A DNA stretch of 64,000 nucleotides from Spirochaetia bacterium (GTDB taxonomy: Bacteria > Spirochaetota > Spirochaetia > DSM-2461). The notes beneath the pieces are model-generated. The model saw only the letters and a program-made list of their open reading frames with translations, was not told the origin of the DNA and did no database searches. The stretch's first letter is position 1, and each line of letters starts with the position of its first letter. The DNA lies in the NCBI GenBank assembly GCA_963668315.1, contig OY764216.1, positions 4,064,001-4,128,000 of the forward strand. The letters run 5' to 3'. Made by a program: the position numbers and the translations under genes. Of the stretch, positions 47,534 to 56,665 are shown in pieces.

Positions 47534-48277
47534 TCAAGGCTCAATTCCGTACCTTTCCAGTATGCTCAGGTATGTTCCGTTCTCTCTTATCAGGGCGAGA
47601 CCGGTATTAAAAGCGTCAATCAGCTCCCGGCCCTTGGGATTATCCCTCCCCGCGGCGACGTACAGGGGCTTAACGGAAAGGGAGTTTTCTGTGAATTCGA
47701 TTTTTTCCAGAAGATCCGGATCCGCACGGAGAATCACCTCCCTGGCGACCAGTTCATCTTCGAGGGTAAGATCAATTCTATCGACAATCAGCTTGCGAAT
47801 ATTGGTAATAAGATCTGACGAGCTGTCTTTACTGAAAAAGGAGGCTGCCTGAAACTCCTCATCGTAGATAAATCTCTTGATGACGCCCACGTTCTTTCCC
47901 CGCAGACTCTCCAGCCCCTCATATTCGAAAGGGTCTCCCCGTCTCTTGATGAATTTCACCGTATTGGTGATATAGGGATCACTGAAATACATGAGGCCGT
48001 TCCTTTCCTCACTGTACCAGGTATCGGGAAGGATATCGTATTTACCCGATATCACTCCCAGCTCGGCCCGGGCCCAGGGAATGTATTCCATCCGAACGGT
48101 ATATCCCTGAGTTGACAGGGCGGCCCTGATAATCGCCAGCGATATGCCTCCGGTGTCGTCTTGTTCATCAACGTAGGGCACCCACTGACCGGCGGCGGCA
48201 GAGACAGTTCTTTCCTGAGGGAAAAATAGGGTTGAAGAAATAAGGAAAAAAAACACCCCTTTCATGAATCTGGCCAT
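47534..48277 (-). CDS. Orphan periplasmic substrate-binding protein (family 3-like)
   Basis: WVPY....GG, PWARA, YSEER...FSDPY, FNTGL..I.ENG.Y..I..RYG. Confidence 0.85.
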   Translation of the reverse strand: MARFMKGVFFFLISSTLFFPQERTVSAAAGQWVPYVDEQDDTGGISLAIIRAALSTQGYTVRMEYIPWARAELGVISGKYDILPDTWYSEERNGLMYFSDPYITNTVKFIKRRGDPFEYEGLESLRGKNVGVIKRFIYDEEFQAASFFSKDSSSDLITNIRKLIVDRIDLTLEDELVAREVILRADPDLLEKIEFTENSLSVKPLYVAAGRDNPKGRELIDAFNTGLALIRENGTYLSILERYGIEP

Positions 48278-48396
48278 ATATCCTGCTCTTAATCTCCCTA
48301 TGCCGATCTACTAATATCATAGGTTAAAAACAGGTAAAAAGCGAATTCATAATGGGGTGTTCTCTTGATTCCTCTAGCCCCTTAGGCCGGGAGAAA

Positions 48397-50280
48397 TCAT
48401 TCGCCCGCCAGCACTTCTCCGGCGGCTTTCTCTCCGGCGATCCGTCCCGTGTTCATGGCGAAGCTCATGGTGAGGCCTTCCAGATCGGGATAGGAGTTGT
48501 CATACATTCCGCCCGCGTCGGCGCCTACGGCAAAAAGGCCGGGAATGACAACCCCGTCTTCCTTCATGGCCTGGGCGTCTTCGTTAATCCGGACTCCCCC
48601 GATGGAACCGTAGGAGGAACCGCTGACCTTAACAGCGTAGAAGGGCCCCTGTGATACGGGATACACCAGATAATCGGGATTTTTGTAGAACATATCGTCC
48701 TTACCGGATCTGACAGCCTCATTATACCGGGCGGCGGATTTTTCCAGTTTTTCCGCCTTCATGCCGGTGGCTTTCGCCAGATCAGCCAGGGTATCTCCTT
48801 TGAAAAGGACATTTCCCTGATCCATCAGCTTATTGATATCATCCTGGAGAGAGGGAAGAGGACCAATAACGATATTCACGTCGTTTCCTCCCTGGGGATG
48901 CATCAGTCCGGAACCGTTCATCTGATAGGCGCCGGTCAGGTTGAGTCCTTCGGTCATGAAGGTATCCACGCTTGCCTGGTCGAAGACGGCGAAGTACTCA
49001 CCGCCGGCGGCAAAGGTGGCGTTGCCCCAGATAACATTATCGTAGGCGACCCCTTCGTCCACAAACCGGGTTCCCTCTTTGTTTACCCAGAAGAGGGGGG
49101 CGTCCTTGACCTGGGCCACGGCGCTGTCCCCGTAACGGTTGAAGATGGTCTTGGAGCCGCTGATATCGCCCAGATGGATCTGAATGGCGTGGTTGCCCAG
49201 CTTGTCCGCTCCTGCTTTCCAGGCCATTTTCACCCCTTCTCCCTGGTTTCCCAGGCCGAAGTAGTTGTAGTGATTGATCTGGCTGTTCTCTTTCATCATT
49301 TCGGTGTTTCCCCCGAAACCGCCCGAAGCCAGGATCACTTTCTTGGCCCGCACGGTCAGGATGCCTCCGTCCTCTTTCTCGGCGATGACACCGGCAATCT
49401 GTCCCTCTTCATCCTTCAGAAGGTCGACGGCCCGGGTGTTCAGCCGGAGGTCGAGACCATACTCATTCTGCATTCTTTCATAAAGGGCGGGGAAATCTTC
49501 CTTGGAGTTATCCCACATATGGTAGGTTTTGGGATAATCCAGATGGGCTTTCTGGTCGATACCCAATCCCAGATGCAGGCGGATCCCGTTCTCCATCAGC
49601 CAGTCGATGGTGGAGGAGGATTTATCCAGCACGGCTCTCATCAGGGGGCCGTTGGATCGGTAATGGTTGTACTCGATAAGGTGCTTGAAAATTTCTTCCG
49701 TGGTGACATGGTAGCCGGCGGCTTTCTGCAGGGAAGATTCGGTGGCCAGAAGTCCCATTCCGGTCGTGGCCAGACCTCCCACCTTATCCAGCTTTTCCAG
49801 AACGGTGACTTTAACCCCGGCCTGGGCGGCGGAAAGGGAGGCTCCTGTTCCCGACGTACCCGCACCCACGATGACCACATCGGTGGAAATCTCTTCATCC
49901 ACACCGGAAGCGACCTCTTGGGGGATCATGCTATCCGGATCGATGCCCGCCTTTGCCAGAGCGTCGGAAGCGGCATCCAGGATGGCTTCGCTTGTCTTGC
50001 TGGCACCGGATACCGCATCGATTTTTGTGCTCTGCCGTTCCAGTATCGCCTTCTGCAGTTTGGTCACGGCCAGAGAACCGATTCCCTCCGTTTCATGGGG
50101 GGCCGATATCTGCACATCCTTGATGACTCCCTTCGTATCGATGTCCAGGGTGACGGAGAGATTCCCCCCCATCCCTTCCGCTTCGGACGTATAGGTGCCC
50201 GGTTTCACCTTGTTTCCCCCGCAGGAAAACAGGGCCAGGGCCAACACTAAAATGGCCGTGATTGTTAACACTCTTTTCAT
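48397..50280 (-). CDS. Lipoprotein FMN-binding (flavinylated) + FAD-dependent flavocytochrome c/fumarate-reductase-superfamily reductase
   Basis: Lipobox LFSC; HETEGIG; DAVSGASKTS flavinylation motif; VGAGTSG; ASGGFG; GLFAVG. Start MKRVL with AGGAG RBS. Confidence 0.9.
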   Translation of the reverse strand: MKRVLTITAILVLALALFSCGGNKVKPGTYTSEAEGMGGNLSVTLDIDTKGVIKDVQISAPHETEGIGSLAVTKLQKAILERQSTKIDAVSGASKTSEAILDAASDALAKAGIDPDSMIPQEVASGVDEEISTDVVIVGAGTSGTGASLSAAQAGVKVTVLEKLDKVGGLATTGMGLLATESSLQKAAGYHVTTEEIFKHLIEYNHYRSNGPLMRAVLDKSSSTIDWLMENGIRLHLGLGIDQKAHLDYPKTYHMWDNSKEDFPALYERMQNEYGLDLRLNTRAVDLLKDEEGQIAGVIAEKEDGGILTVRAKKVILASGGFGGNTEMMKENSQINHYNYFGLGNQGEGVKMAWKAGADKLGNHAIQIHLGDISGSKTIFNRYGDSAVAQVKDAPLFWVNKEGTRFVDEGVAYDNVIWGNATFAAGGEYFAVFDQASVDTFMTEGLNLTGAYQMNGSGLMHPQGGNDVNIVIGPLPSLQDDINKLMDQGNVLFKGDTLADLAKATGMKAEKLEKSAARYNEAVRSGKDDMFYKNPDYLVYPVSQGPFYAVKVSGSSYGSIGGVRINEDAQAMKEDGVVIPGLFAVGADAGGMYDNSYPDLEGLTMSFAMNTGRIAGEKAAGEVLAGE

Positions 50281-50294
50281 AAGATCTCCTTTTA

Positions 50295-50355
50295 TGACCA
50301 TGGTCACTGACCGCGGTCACCGAAGCATTCTACAGAGACATCTTTTAATTGTCAA
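50295..50355 (-). promoter_or_regulatory. Sigma70 promoter TTGACA-17-TAGAAT with tandem palindromic operators TGACC-N2-GGTCA x2
   Basis: TGACCATGGTCA at 50295-50306 and TGACCGCGGTCA at 50308-50319, between the promoter and the RBS. Confidence 0.8.
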
Positions 50356-50383
50356 TTTATTATCGATATTAATGGAACGATTT

Positions 50384-50992
50384 TTAGAGCGTCAGCAAAT
50401 CAAGGAGGATTTGAAAACGGCCGGCCACATATTCCTCAATGGAATATTCCCCGCTCTTTGTACACCACCTCTGGATCGACCCGAATAGGAAGTCCTGCAG
50501 AATATCGGCCAGAAGCCCCGGCTCCATCTCCCTGAATATCTCTCTCTCCTGCCCTTCCCGAACAATTTCATATATGGTCTGCCAGTGCTGATTGGATTCC
50601 ACCACGGCGGGATCGGGATTCTGCTCCAGAATGATCTTAAGAATCTCCCGGGAAAATTCATATCCCTGACGGGTGACGATTTTCACGTAGCAGCTGAGAA
50701 AATCCTGTATTTTCAGAACGGGATCGGTCTGGTTTTCCCAGGAGCGCTCGGCAAACATATCACGGTTGATGCTGGCGAGTATTTCGAAAAGGATATCCTT
50801 CTTCGAACTGAAATAGAGATAGAATGTCCCTTTGGCGACCCTGGCCTCTTTGCATATCTGGCTGATGGTCACCTGGCTGTAGCCCTGTTTCCTGATCATA
50901 TCCATGGCGAGCTGCCGTAATCTGCCCTTCGTATTTTCCGCCTGTAATTCTCTGCTTGATGGGGTCACAGGGGAATCATATAGGATTTGCAA
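50384..50992 (-). CDS. TetR/AcrR family regulator
   Basis: GYSQVTISQICKEARVAKGTFYLYFSSKKDI. Start codon uncertain. Confidence 0.92.
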   Translation of the reverse strand: MQILYDSPVTPSSRELQAENTKGRLRQLAMDMIRKQGYSQVTISQICKEARVAKGTFYLYFSSKKDILFEILASINRDMFAERSWENQTDPVLKIQDFLSCYVKIVTRQGYEFSREILKIILEQNPDPAVVESNQHWQTIYEIVREGQEREIFREMEPGLLADILQDFLFGSIQRWCTKSGEYSIEEYVAGRFQILLDLLTL

Positions 50993-51088
50993 CTCCTTGA
51001 CAATGATTCCCCCTCTCCAAAGGAGTTAGGAGAAAAACCGCTTGACCGAAGGGGCGCTTTTTTCCATTATAGAGGCAGAGGAACCACG

Positions 51089-52189
51089 GTGAAAATAATC
51101 CGCAGCATACACGTTTTTTCCCCCCATGACATGGGGGTTAATGATATTCTGATCTGCCGTAACAGAATAGAGGAGATATCTCCCCATATTTCTATAAAAT
51201 ACAAGGAGCTGGAAGAAATTGACGGCACGGGGCTCATGGCTTTTCCCGGCCTGATTGACCAGCATGTGCATATTCTGGGAGGGGGCGGAGAAAAGGGGTT
51301 TGACAGCCGGATCCCGGAGATCGGGGCCGACGCTCTTTATAAGAGCGGAATCACCACGGCGGTGGGGCTTCTCGGAACCGATACGTCCACCAGAACGGTG
51401 AAATCCCTTTTGGCCAAGACGAAGGAACTGAGGCTGAAAGGGCTCTCGGCCTACTGCCTGACAGGCGGATACGCTTATCCTTCCCCCACGTTTACCGGCG
51501 ACATCCATGACGACATTGCCTATATCGATGAAATTCTCGGGCTCAAACTGGCCATGGCCGATCACCGGAGTTCCTATCCCACGGAGGAGGAACTGATTAA
51601 AGCCGCCTCCGCCGTCAGAAAAGCCGGTCTGCTATCGGGAAAAAAAAGCTATCTCCATATCCATATGGGCGATGATGAAAATCCCCTTAAGACGATAAAC
51701 TCCCTTTTGAGGAATACCTCTCTTCCCATCACTCTTTTTCACCCCACCCACTGCGCCAGAATGATGAATGATGCCATTGACTTCGGGAGGAAGGGCGGTT
51801 ATATCGATTTTACCGCCTCCGAAAACCCGGAGAGGACAGCCGATGAACTGGCGGAGATAAGCGGGGCCGTGGAGGACAGATCACTCATAACGCTCAGTAC
51901 CGATGCCAACGGCAGTCTCCCCCTCTGGAACAGCGAAGGGGAACTGGTCTCCTTTAAAGCCGCCTCGCCCCGTTCCCTGTTTGACTCGATAGGCTATCTT
52001 ATAACTTCGGGGAGAATGACGGTTCCCGAAGCTCTCTCCTTTGCCACGTCCCACGCAGCGGGAGCCATAGGTCTCTATCCGCAGAAGGGAACGCTCCGCC
52101 CGGGCAGCGACGGGGATATTCTTCTGGTGGATAGTAATTACACTATCCGGTCGGTGATAGCCGGAGGAATTTTCCTTTTACGGAATTGA
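51089..52189 (+). CDS. iadA: Isoaspartyl dipeptidase (beta-aspartyl peptidase)
   Basis: DQHVH.LGGGGE.G, GLLGTD, TGGY, DHRSS, HIHMG, PTH, STDANGSLP. GTG start at 51089. Confidence 0.88.
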   Translation: MKIIRSIHVFSPHDMGVNDILICRNRIEEISPHISIKYKELEEIDGTGLMAFPGLIDQHVHILGGGGEKGFDSRIPEIGADALYKSGITTAVGLLGTDTSTRTVKSLLAKTKELRLKGLSAYCLTGGYAYPSPTFTGDIHDDIAYIDEILGLKLAMADHRSSYPTEEELIKAASAVRKAGLLSGKKSYLHIHMGDDENPLKTINSLLRNTSLPITLFHPTHCARMMNDAIDFGRKGGYIDFTASENPERTADELAEISGAVEDRSLITLSTDANGSLPLWNSEGELVSFKAASPRSLFDSIGYLITSGRMTVPEALSFATSHAAGAIGLYPQKGTLRPGSDGDILLVDSNYTIRSVIAGGIFLLRN

Positions 52190-52215
52190 ATATGAATATC
52201 TAAGGAGGTATTTAC

Positions 52216-53361
52216 ATGATTATTATAGCAAACGGAAACCTTATTACCTGTGCCGAAGAGAATTACGTCCAAAAAGACATACTCATCGAAGAGGGGAAAA
52301 TCCGTAAGATCGGCGATATAGACAAGGAGCTGTACTCAAAGGCCGAAGTCTTTGATGCCGAGGGCCGATACGTTACTCCCGGACTGATGGATCCCCACTG
52401 CCACATAGGTATTCTGGAAGAGGCGATCCGCCGGGAAGGGGCCGATGTCAACGAAACGACCGATCCCAGCACTCCCCATCTCAGGGGCTACGATGCGGTC
52501 TATCCCTTTGATGTGTCCTTCAAAGATGCCCTGGAAAACGGTGTGACTACCGTCGCCACCGGACCGGGAAGCGCCAATGTCATCGGCGGCGTCTTCTGTG
52601 TCCTGAAGACCGTGGGAACCAGCGTGGAGGAGATGACGGTAAAACAGGAATCGGCCATAAAAATGGCTCTGGGAGAGAACCCGAAGTTCTTCTACGGCGA
52701 TAAAAGCATGGCCCCCGCCACCAGAATGGCTTCGGCAGGAATCATGCGTACAGAACTGATCAAAGCCAGGGAGTATCATGAAAAACTGAAAAAAGAGGAG
52801 AGCAAGCCGGATTACGATCCCAAAATGGCCTCCCTCTGCCGTGTTTTCGACGGTTTTCCCGTAAAGATCCACGCCCACAGGACTGACGATATCCAGACGG
52901 CCATGAGAATAGCCGAGGAGTTCGGCCTGAATTACACCATTGAGCACTGTACCGAAGGCCATCTCATAGCCGACGAACTGGCCCGTAGGGGTGCCCGGGT
53001 CATTGTCGGGCCGTCCATGGGAACGAAATCAAAGTACGAACTGAGAAACAAGACATACAAAACCGCCGGCATTCTGGAAAAAGCGGGGGTCCCCTTCTCC
53101 CTTATGACCGATCATCCCGTTATGGCCCTGGCCGACACGAAAATACAGACGGCGCTCATGATCCGCGAAGGTCTTACAGAGCTGACCGCCCTTAAGGCCA
53201 TGACCATCAATCCGGCGCGTTTCAACGGCGTGGCCGACCGGGTCGGCAGCATTGAACCGGGCAAGGATGCGGACGTGGTAATCTGGACCCATAACCCCTT
53301 TGATGCCCAGTGCCGGGCTTCGAAAGTTTTTGTCAACGGAGAACTGGTCCACAGCCTGTAA
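52216..53361 (+). CDS. Metal-dependent amidohydrolase (peptidase-like)
   Basis: PGLMDPHCHIG, DVNE.TDP.TP, GPGSANVIGG, KMALGENPK, HAHR, EHCTEG, TDHP. Confidence 0.9.
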   Translation: MIIIANGNLITCAEENYVQKDILIEEGKIRKIGDIDKELYSKAEVFDAEGRYVTPGLMDPHCHIGILEEAIRREGADVNETTDPSTPHLRGYDAVYPFDVSFKDALENGVTTVATGPGSANVIGGVFCVLKTVGTSVEEMTVKQESAIKMALGENPKFFYGDKSMAPATRMASAGIMRTELIKAREYHEKLKKEESKPDYDPKMASLCRVFDGFPVKIHAHRTDDIQTAMRIAEEFGLNYTIEHCTEGHLIADELARRGARVIVGPSMGTKSKYELRNKTYKTAGILEKAGVPFSLMTDHPVMALADTKIQTALMIREGLTELTALKAMTINPARFNGVADRVGSIEPGKDADVVIWTHNPFDAQCRASKVFVNGELVHSL

Positions 53362-53480
53362 TCCGGGGTCGGTCAGTTGTAAACATCTTGAAAAAATGAT
53401 AGGATTCCCTGTCTTTACTCAAGGATTATTTCCTTGATGTAAAAATATTTAATTAGGATTATTTTTTCAAGATTACCATT

Positions 53481-54503
53481 ATGAACAAAGAGATTTTTAC
53501 AGAATATGAACTGGGCCGTCTTACCCTGAAAAACAGAATAGTACGGTCGGCGACCAACGAATACTGCGGGAATACGGACGGTTCCGTTTCGGAAAAACAG
53601 ATGGCCGTTTATGAGCGGCTGGCACAGAACAGTACGGGACTCATCGTTACCGGGAATTTCTATATCGAACCGAAGGGAATGAACGATGAAACGCAGAACA
53701 GTCTGGCCGCCGGCTACTCCCCGGCCTCGGTGAAAGAGCTGACCACCCGTGTCCATCGGGCGGGAGCGCCCCTTATAGCCCAGATCAATCATGCGGGCTG
53801 CCAGTCCAAAAACCGTCCCGACGCCCGGGAAGATTACGCCGCGCCGTCCCTTCTGGACCATGGGGAGATAGAACGGATAGCCGGGCTTTTCGCCGATGCG
53901 GCTCAGAGGGCCGCCGACTGCGGATTCGACGGTGTTCAGCTTCACTGCGGACACGGCTACCTTCTCTCCCGCTTTATCGATCCCGCCACGAACGACAGGA
54001 CCGATGAGTTCGGCGGTCCCATTGAAAACCGCTTCGCCTTTGCCGAGCTTATTCTGAAAAAGATGAGAGCCCGCCTGGGAGAGGACTACCCCCTTCTTAT
54101 CAAGATCAACAGCAACACCTCGGCGGAATACGACTTCACTCCCGATCTTCTCTCTGTAGCCCGAACTTGCGAAAAGCTGAATATCACCGCCGTGGAACTG
54201 AGCGGCCACGACTTCATCACGATGAAAAGGGACCGGCACAACTATTATACCGAAGCGCTGAAAGCGGTTAGAGGGAAGTGTTCGATTCCCCTGATCCTTA
54301 CGGGAGGAATCCGCAGCATCGATGATTTTGCCGCCGCTCTTGATGACGGCGCCGATCTGGTCGGAATCAGCCGTCCCCTGATCTGCGAGCCCGATTTTGT
54401 CACCCGCCTTGAGAAGGACCACGGGTATAAGAGCCGATGCATCAGCTGCAACAAGTGCTTCACTCTCTACAAGGAGAAGGGAAAACACTGCGTTTTCCAT
54501 TAA
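53481..54503 (+). CDS. NADH:flavin oxidoreductase (old yellow enzyme family)
   Basis: KNRIVRSAT, QINHAG, GFDGVQLHCGHGYLLS.F, NDRTDEFGG, C-terminal CISCNKC. Confidence 0.92.
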   Translation: MNKEIFTEYELGRLTLKNRIVRSATNEYCGNTDGSVSEKQMAVYERLAQNSTGLIVTGNFYIEPKGMNDETQNSLAAGYSPASVKELTTRVHRAGAPLIAQINHAGCQSKNRPDAREDYAAPSLLDHGEIERIAGLFADAAQRAADCGFDGVQLHCGHGYLLSRFIDPATNDRTDEFGGPIENRFAFAELILKKMRARLGEDYPLLIKINSNTSAEYDFTPDLLSVARTCEKLNITAVELSGHDFITMKRDRHNYYTEALKAVRGKCSIPLILTGGIRSIDDFAAALDDGADLVGISRPLICEPDFVTRLEKDHGYKSRCISCNKCFTLYKEKGKHCVFH

Positions 54504-54526
54504 AAAAAGCGGGCCGAAGCCCGCCT
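54502..54526 (-). terminator. Intrinsic terminator between convergent genes
   Basis: Minus strand GGCGGGC-TTCG-GCCCGC followed by T's. Confidence 0.8.
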
Positions 54527-54569
54527 GGAGAATGTCAACTCCGCCCGATGTTTCAGGGCGGATATATAA

Positions 54570-55961
54570 TTAAACCGGTTTAGCCTCCCGGTATATAAAC
54601 TTACCCCCCGAAGCGTTCTCCACGGTTTTACCGTCTTTGGCGATCACTTCGCCCCTTCTCAGGGTCATCACGGGCCAGCCTTTGATTTTCCGTCCTTCAT
54701 AGAGGGACCAGTCGGCAAAAATCGGCAGCAGATTGGGAGTGATGACGGCTTCCTTTTCCAGATCGACCAGAATCAGGTCGGCATCGCTTCCTTCCAGAAT
54801 CGCGCCCTTTTTCGGATAGAGGTTGTAGGTTTTCGCCGTATTGGCCGACGTGATCTCGGCAATTTTCTGCAGGGATAGGCCGCGGTTGTAATAGCCTTCG
54901 CTCAGCACGATGGGGAACATGAACTCCGCTCCGCCGAATCCCAGGGCGCACTTGTCTATGGCATATCCCCTGGCGAACTTCTCATCCCAGTTAATGGAGA
55001 CATGATCCGTTCCGATATAGGTGATGATTCCCTTTTTAATGCCTTCCCAGAGGGCGTCGTTATCGGCCTTGTGCCTGAGGGGCGGCTTGACGATTCCCCC
55101 CAGTTCCTTGGGATTATCCACCGTCTCGACCAGGTAGTGGGGACAGGTTTCTATATGCATATTCTCCCTGTCGAACCAGGGAAGATTTTCCAGGGCCTCC
55201 ACACTTTCACGGGCGCTGCAGTGCACAACGGCCATCTTGGCATCGAACTGTTTGGCCAGATAGGTCGTCCTTATGATATTTTCTGTCTCCACGATTCCCG
55301 GATTCCACTTGTCATAAAACTCCAGATGGTCCTGATCCTCCACATGGGCGTACTGCTTTTTAAAATACTTGCCCATTTCCACGTTTTCGCAATGGATAAG
55401 CAGCATCAGGTCCTTGGAAATGGTATTCATTTTCTCGTAGATATCCATAAGCAGCTCATCGTCGAAGGAAATATCCGTTCCGTAGCGGGATTTTTCCAAT
55501 CCTTTGTAACCGAGGAAAAGCTTGTAGGATGTGATTCCCAGGTCTTTCACATAGGATTCCATCTCTTCCAGATGTTCACGGGTCATGACGCCCAGATGAA
55601 AACAGAAATCAATGATGCCGTTCTCTTCCCCGATTTTTTTCTCTTCGGGAACCTGTTCCTTATAGCTTCTTGTGCTTCTGACAAAATTGACGATCGTCGT
55701 CATACCGCCGATGGCCGAAGACCGGGTGGTGATGCGATAATCCTTCGCCAGGCGCTCCTGATCTCCGTAAACGCCGTAGTGGCTGTGGCCGTCGATGGCT
55801 CCGGGGAAGATATGCTTGCCCGCCGCATCAATGATTTCGGCCCCTTCGCAGCTGAGATTCACCCCCAGTTCGGCGATCTTGCCGTCCTTTATGGCTATAT
55901 CGCACTCTTTGATCCCTTCATAGGGGATAACCACTTTTCCCTTCTTGATGATTGTATCCAT
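54570..55961 (-). CDS. Cyclic amidohydrolase (dihydropyrimidinase/allantoinase/dihydroorotase family)
   Basis: DGHSH, SYKLF, HCEN, VHCS, ETCPHYL, PPLR, GTDH, GSDADL. ATG overlaps the upstream stop (TAATG). Confidence 0.9.
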   Translation of the reverse strand: MDTIIKKGKVVIPYEGIKECDIAIKDGKIAELGVNLSCEGAEIIDAAGKHIFPGAIDGHSHYGVYGDQERLAKDYRITTRSSAIGGMTTIVNFVRSTRSYKEQVPEEKKIGEENGIIDFCFHLGVMTREHLEEMESYVKDLGITSYKLFLGYKGLEKSRYGTDISFDDELLMDIYEKMNTISKDLMLLIHCENVEMGKYFKKQYAHVEDQDHLEFYDKWNPGIVETENIIRTTYLAKQFDAKMAVVHCSARESVEALENLPWFDRENMHIETCPHYLVETVDNPKELGGIVKPPLRHKADNDALWEGIKKGIITYIGTDHVSINWDEKFARGYAIDKCALGFGGAEFMFPIVLSEGYYNRGLSLQKIAEITSANTAKTYNLYPKKGAILEGSDADLILVDLEKEAVITPNLLPIFADWSLYEGRKIKGWPVMTLRRGEVIAKDGKTVENASGGKFIYREAKPV

Positions 55962-56665
55962 TATGCTTTCTCCCCCAGTCCTTCGACATAAGCCTTGGCA
56001 TCTTCCACGCTCAGAAGGTCGGCATATTTCATCCACATATCCAGAAGGCTCACCCTGTGGGAAAGCTCGATTCTGTCAAAGAGACATTCGTAGAGAACGC
56101 CCACCTTATAGTTAAGGGAAGCCGCGTCGACCACAGCGCCCCGAACGCATCCGGAAGTGACGCCGCCGCATATCAGCAGGGTGTTCACGTCAAGCTGATT
56201 CAGATATTTGATAATGGGCGTCCCGCTGAAAATACTGGCGCTCGTCTTCTCGATCACGATATCCGTATCCTGGACATTCACCTCTTTTACCAGCTCCGTA
56301 TTGGGATGGCCGTCCACATAGCCGGAACGGTCGCGGCTGGATTTGCGGGCAAAACCGTCAAACTGCAGATACTTGGCAATCTGGCGGGTAAATATCACGG
56401 GCAGTCCCTTTTCCCGGAAAAGTTCGATAACGGGTACGGCCTTTTCCACGGCGGCCCATGCCCTGTCGCCTACTCCGGTGGGGTATTTATCGAGCTGATC
56501 CAGGATAGGCCCCCGGTCGCCCACATAATTGGGCTGGGGATCCACGACCAGAAGAGCCGGTCTCTGTCCCAGTCCGCGGGGATTACCGAATCCCCCCTTC
56601 TTAATGACTTCCGCGTCGTCGCCGATCAGCAGATCGCTCCAGATATCTTCCACTTTCATGGTCAA
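55961..56665 (-). CDS. Isochorismatase-family cysteine amidase (N-carbamoylsarcosine/maleamate amidohydrolase-like)
   Basis: G.RPALLVVD, EK..ASIF.GT, TSGCVR...VDA, DMWMKYAD. Confidence 0.9.
   Translation of the reverse strand: MTMKVEDIWSDLLIGDDAEVIKKGGFGNPRGLGQRPALLVVDPQPNYVGDRGPILDQLDKYPTGVGDRAWAAVEKAVPVIELFREKGLPVIFTRQIAKYLQFDGFARKSSRDRSGYVDGHPNTELVKEVNVQDTDIVIEKTSASIFSGTPIIKYLNQLDVNTLLICGGVTSGCVRGAVVDAASLNYKVGVLYECLFDRIELSHRVSLLDMWMKYADLLSVEDAKAYVEGLGEKA

Noticed and set aside
48898..50250. 450-aa plus-strand ORF and many similar long antisense ORFs (e.g. 37727-38794, 58476-59480, 55002-55991)
   Set aside because: Each lies opposite a well-supported gene; expected from codon bias in GC-rich coding DNA.
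53415..54500. 361-aa minus-strand ORF
   Set aside because: Antisense shadow of the OYE gene; no family motifs.
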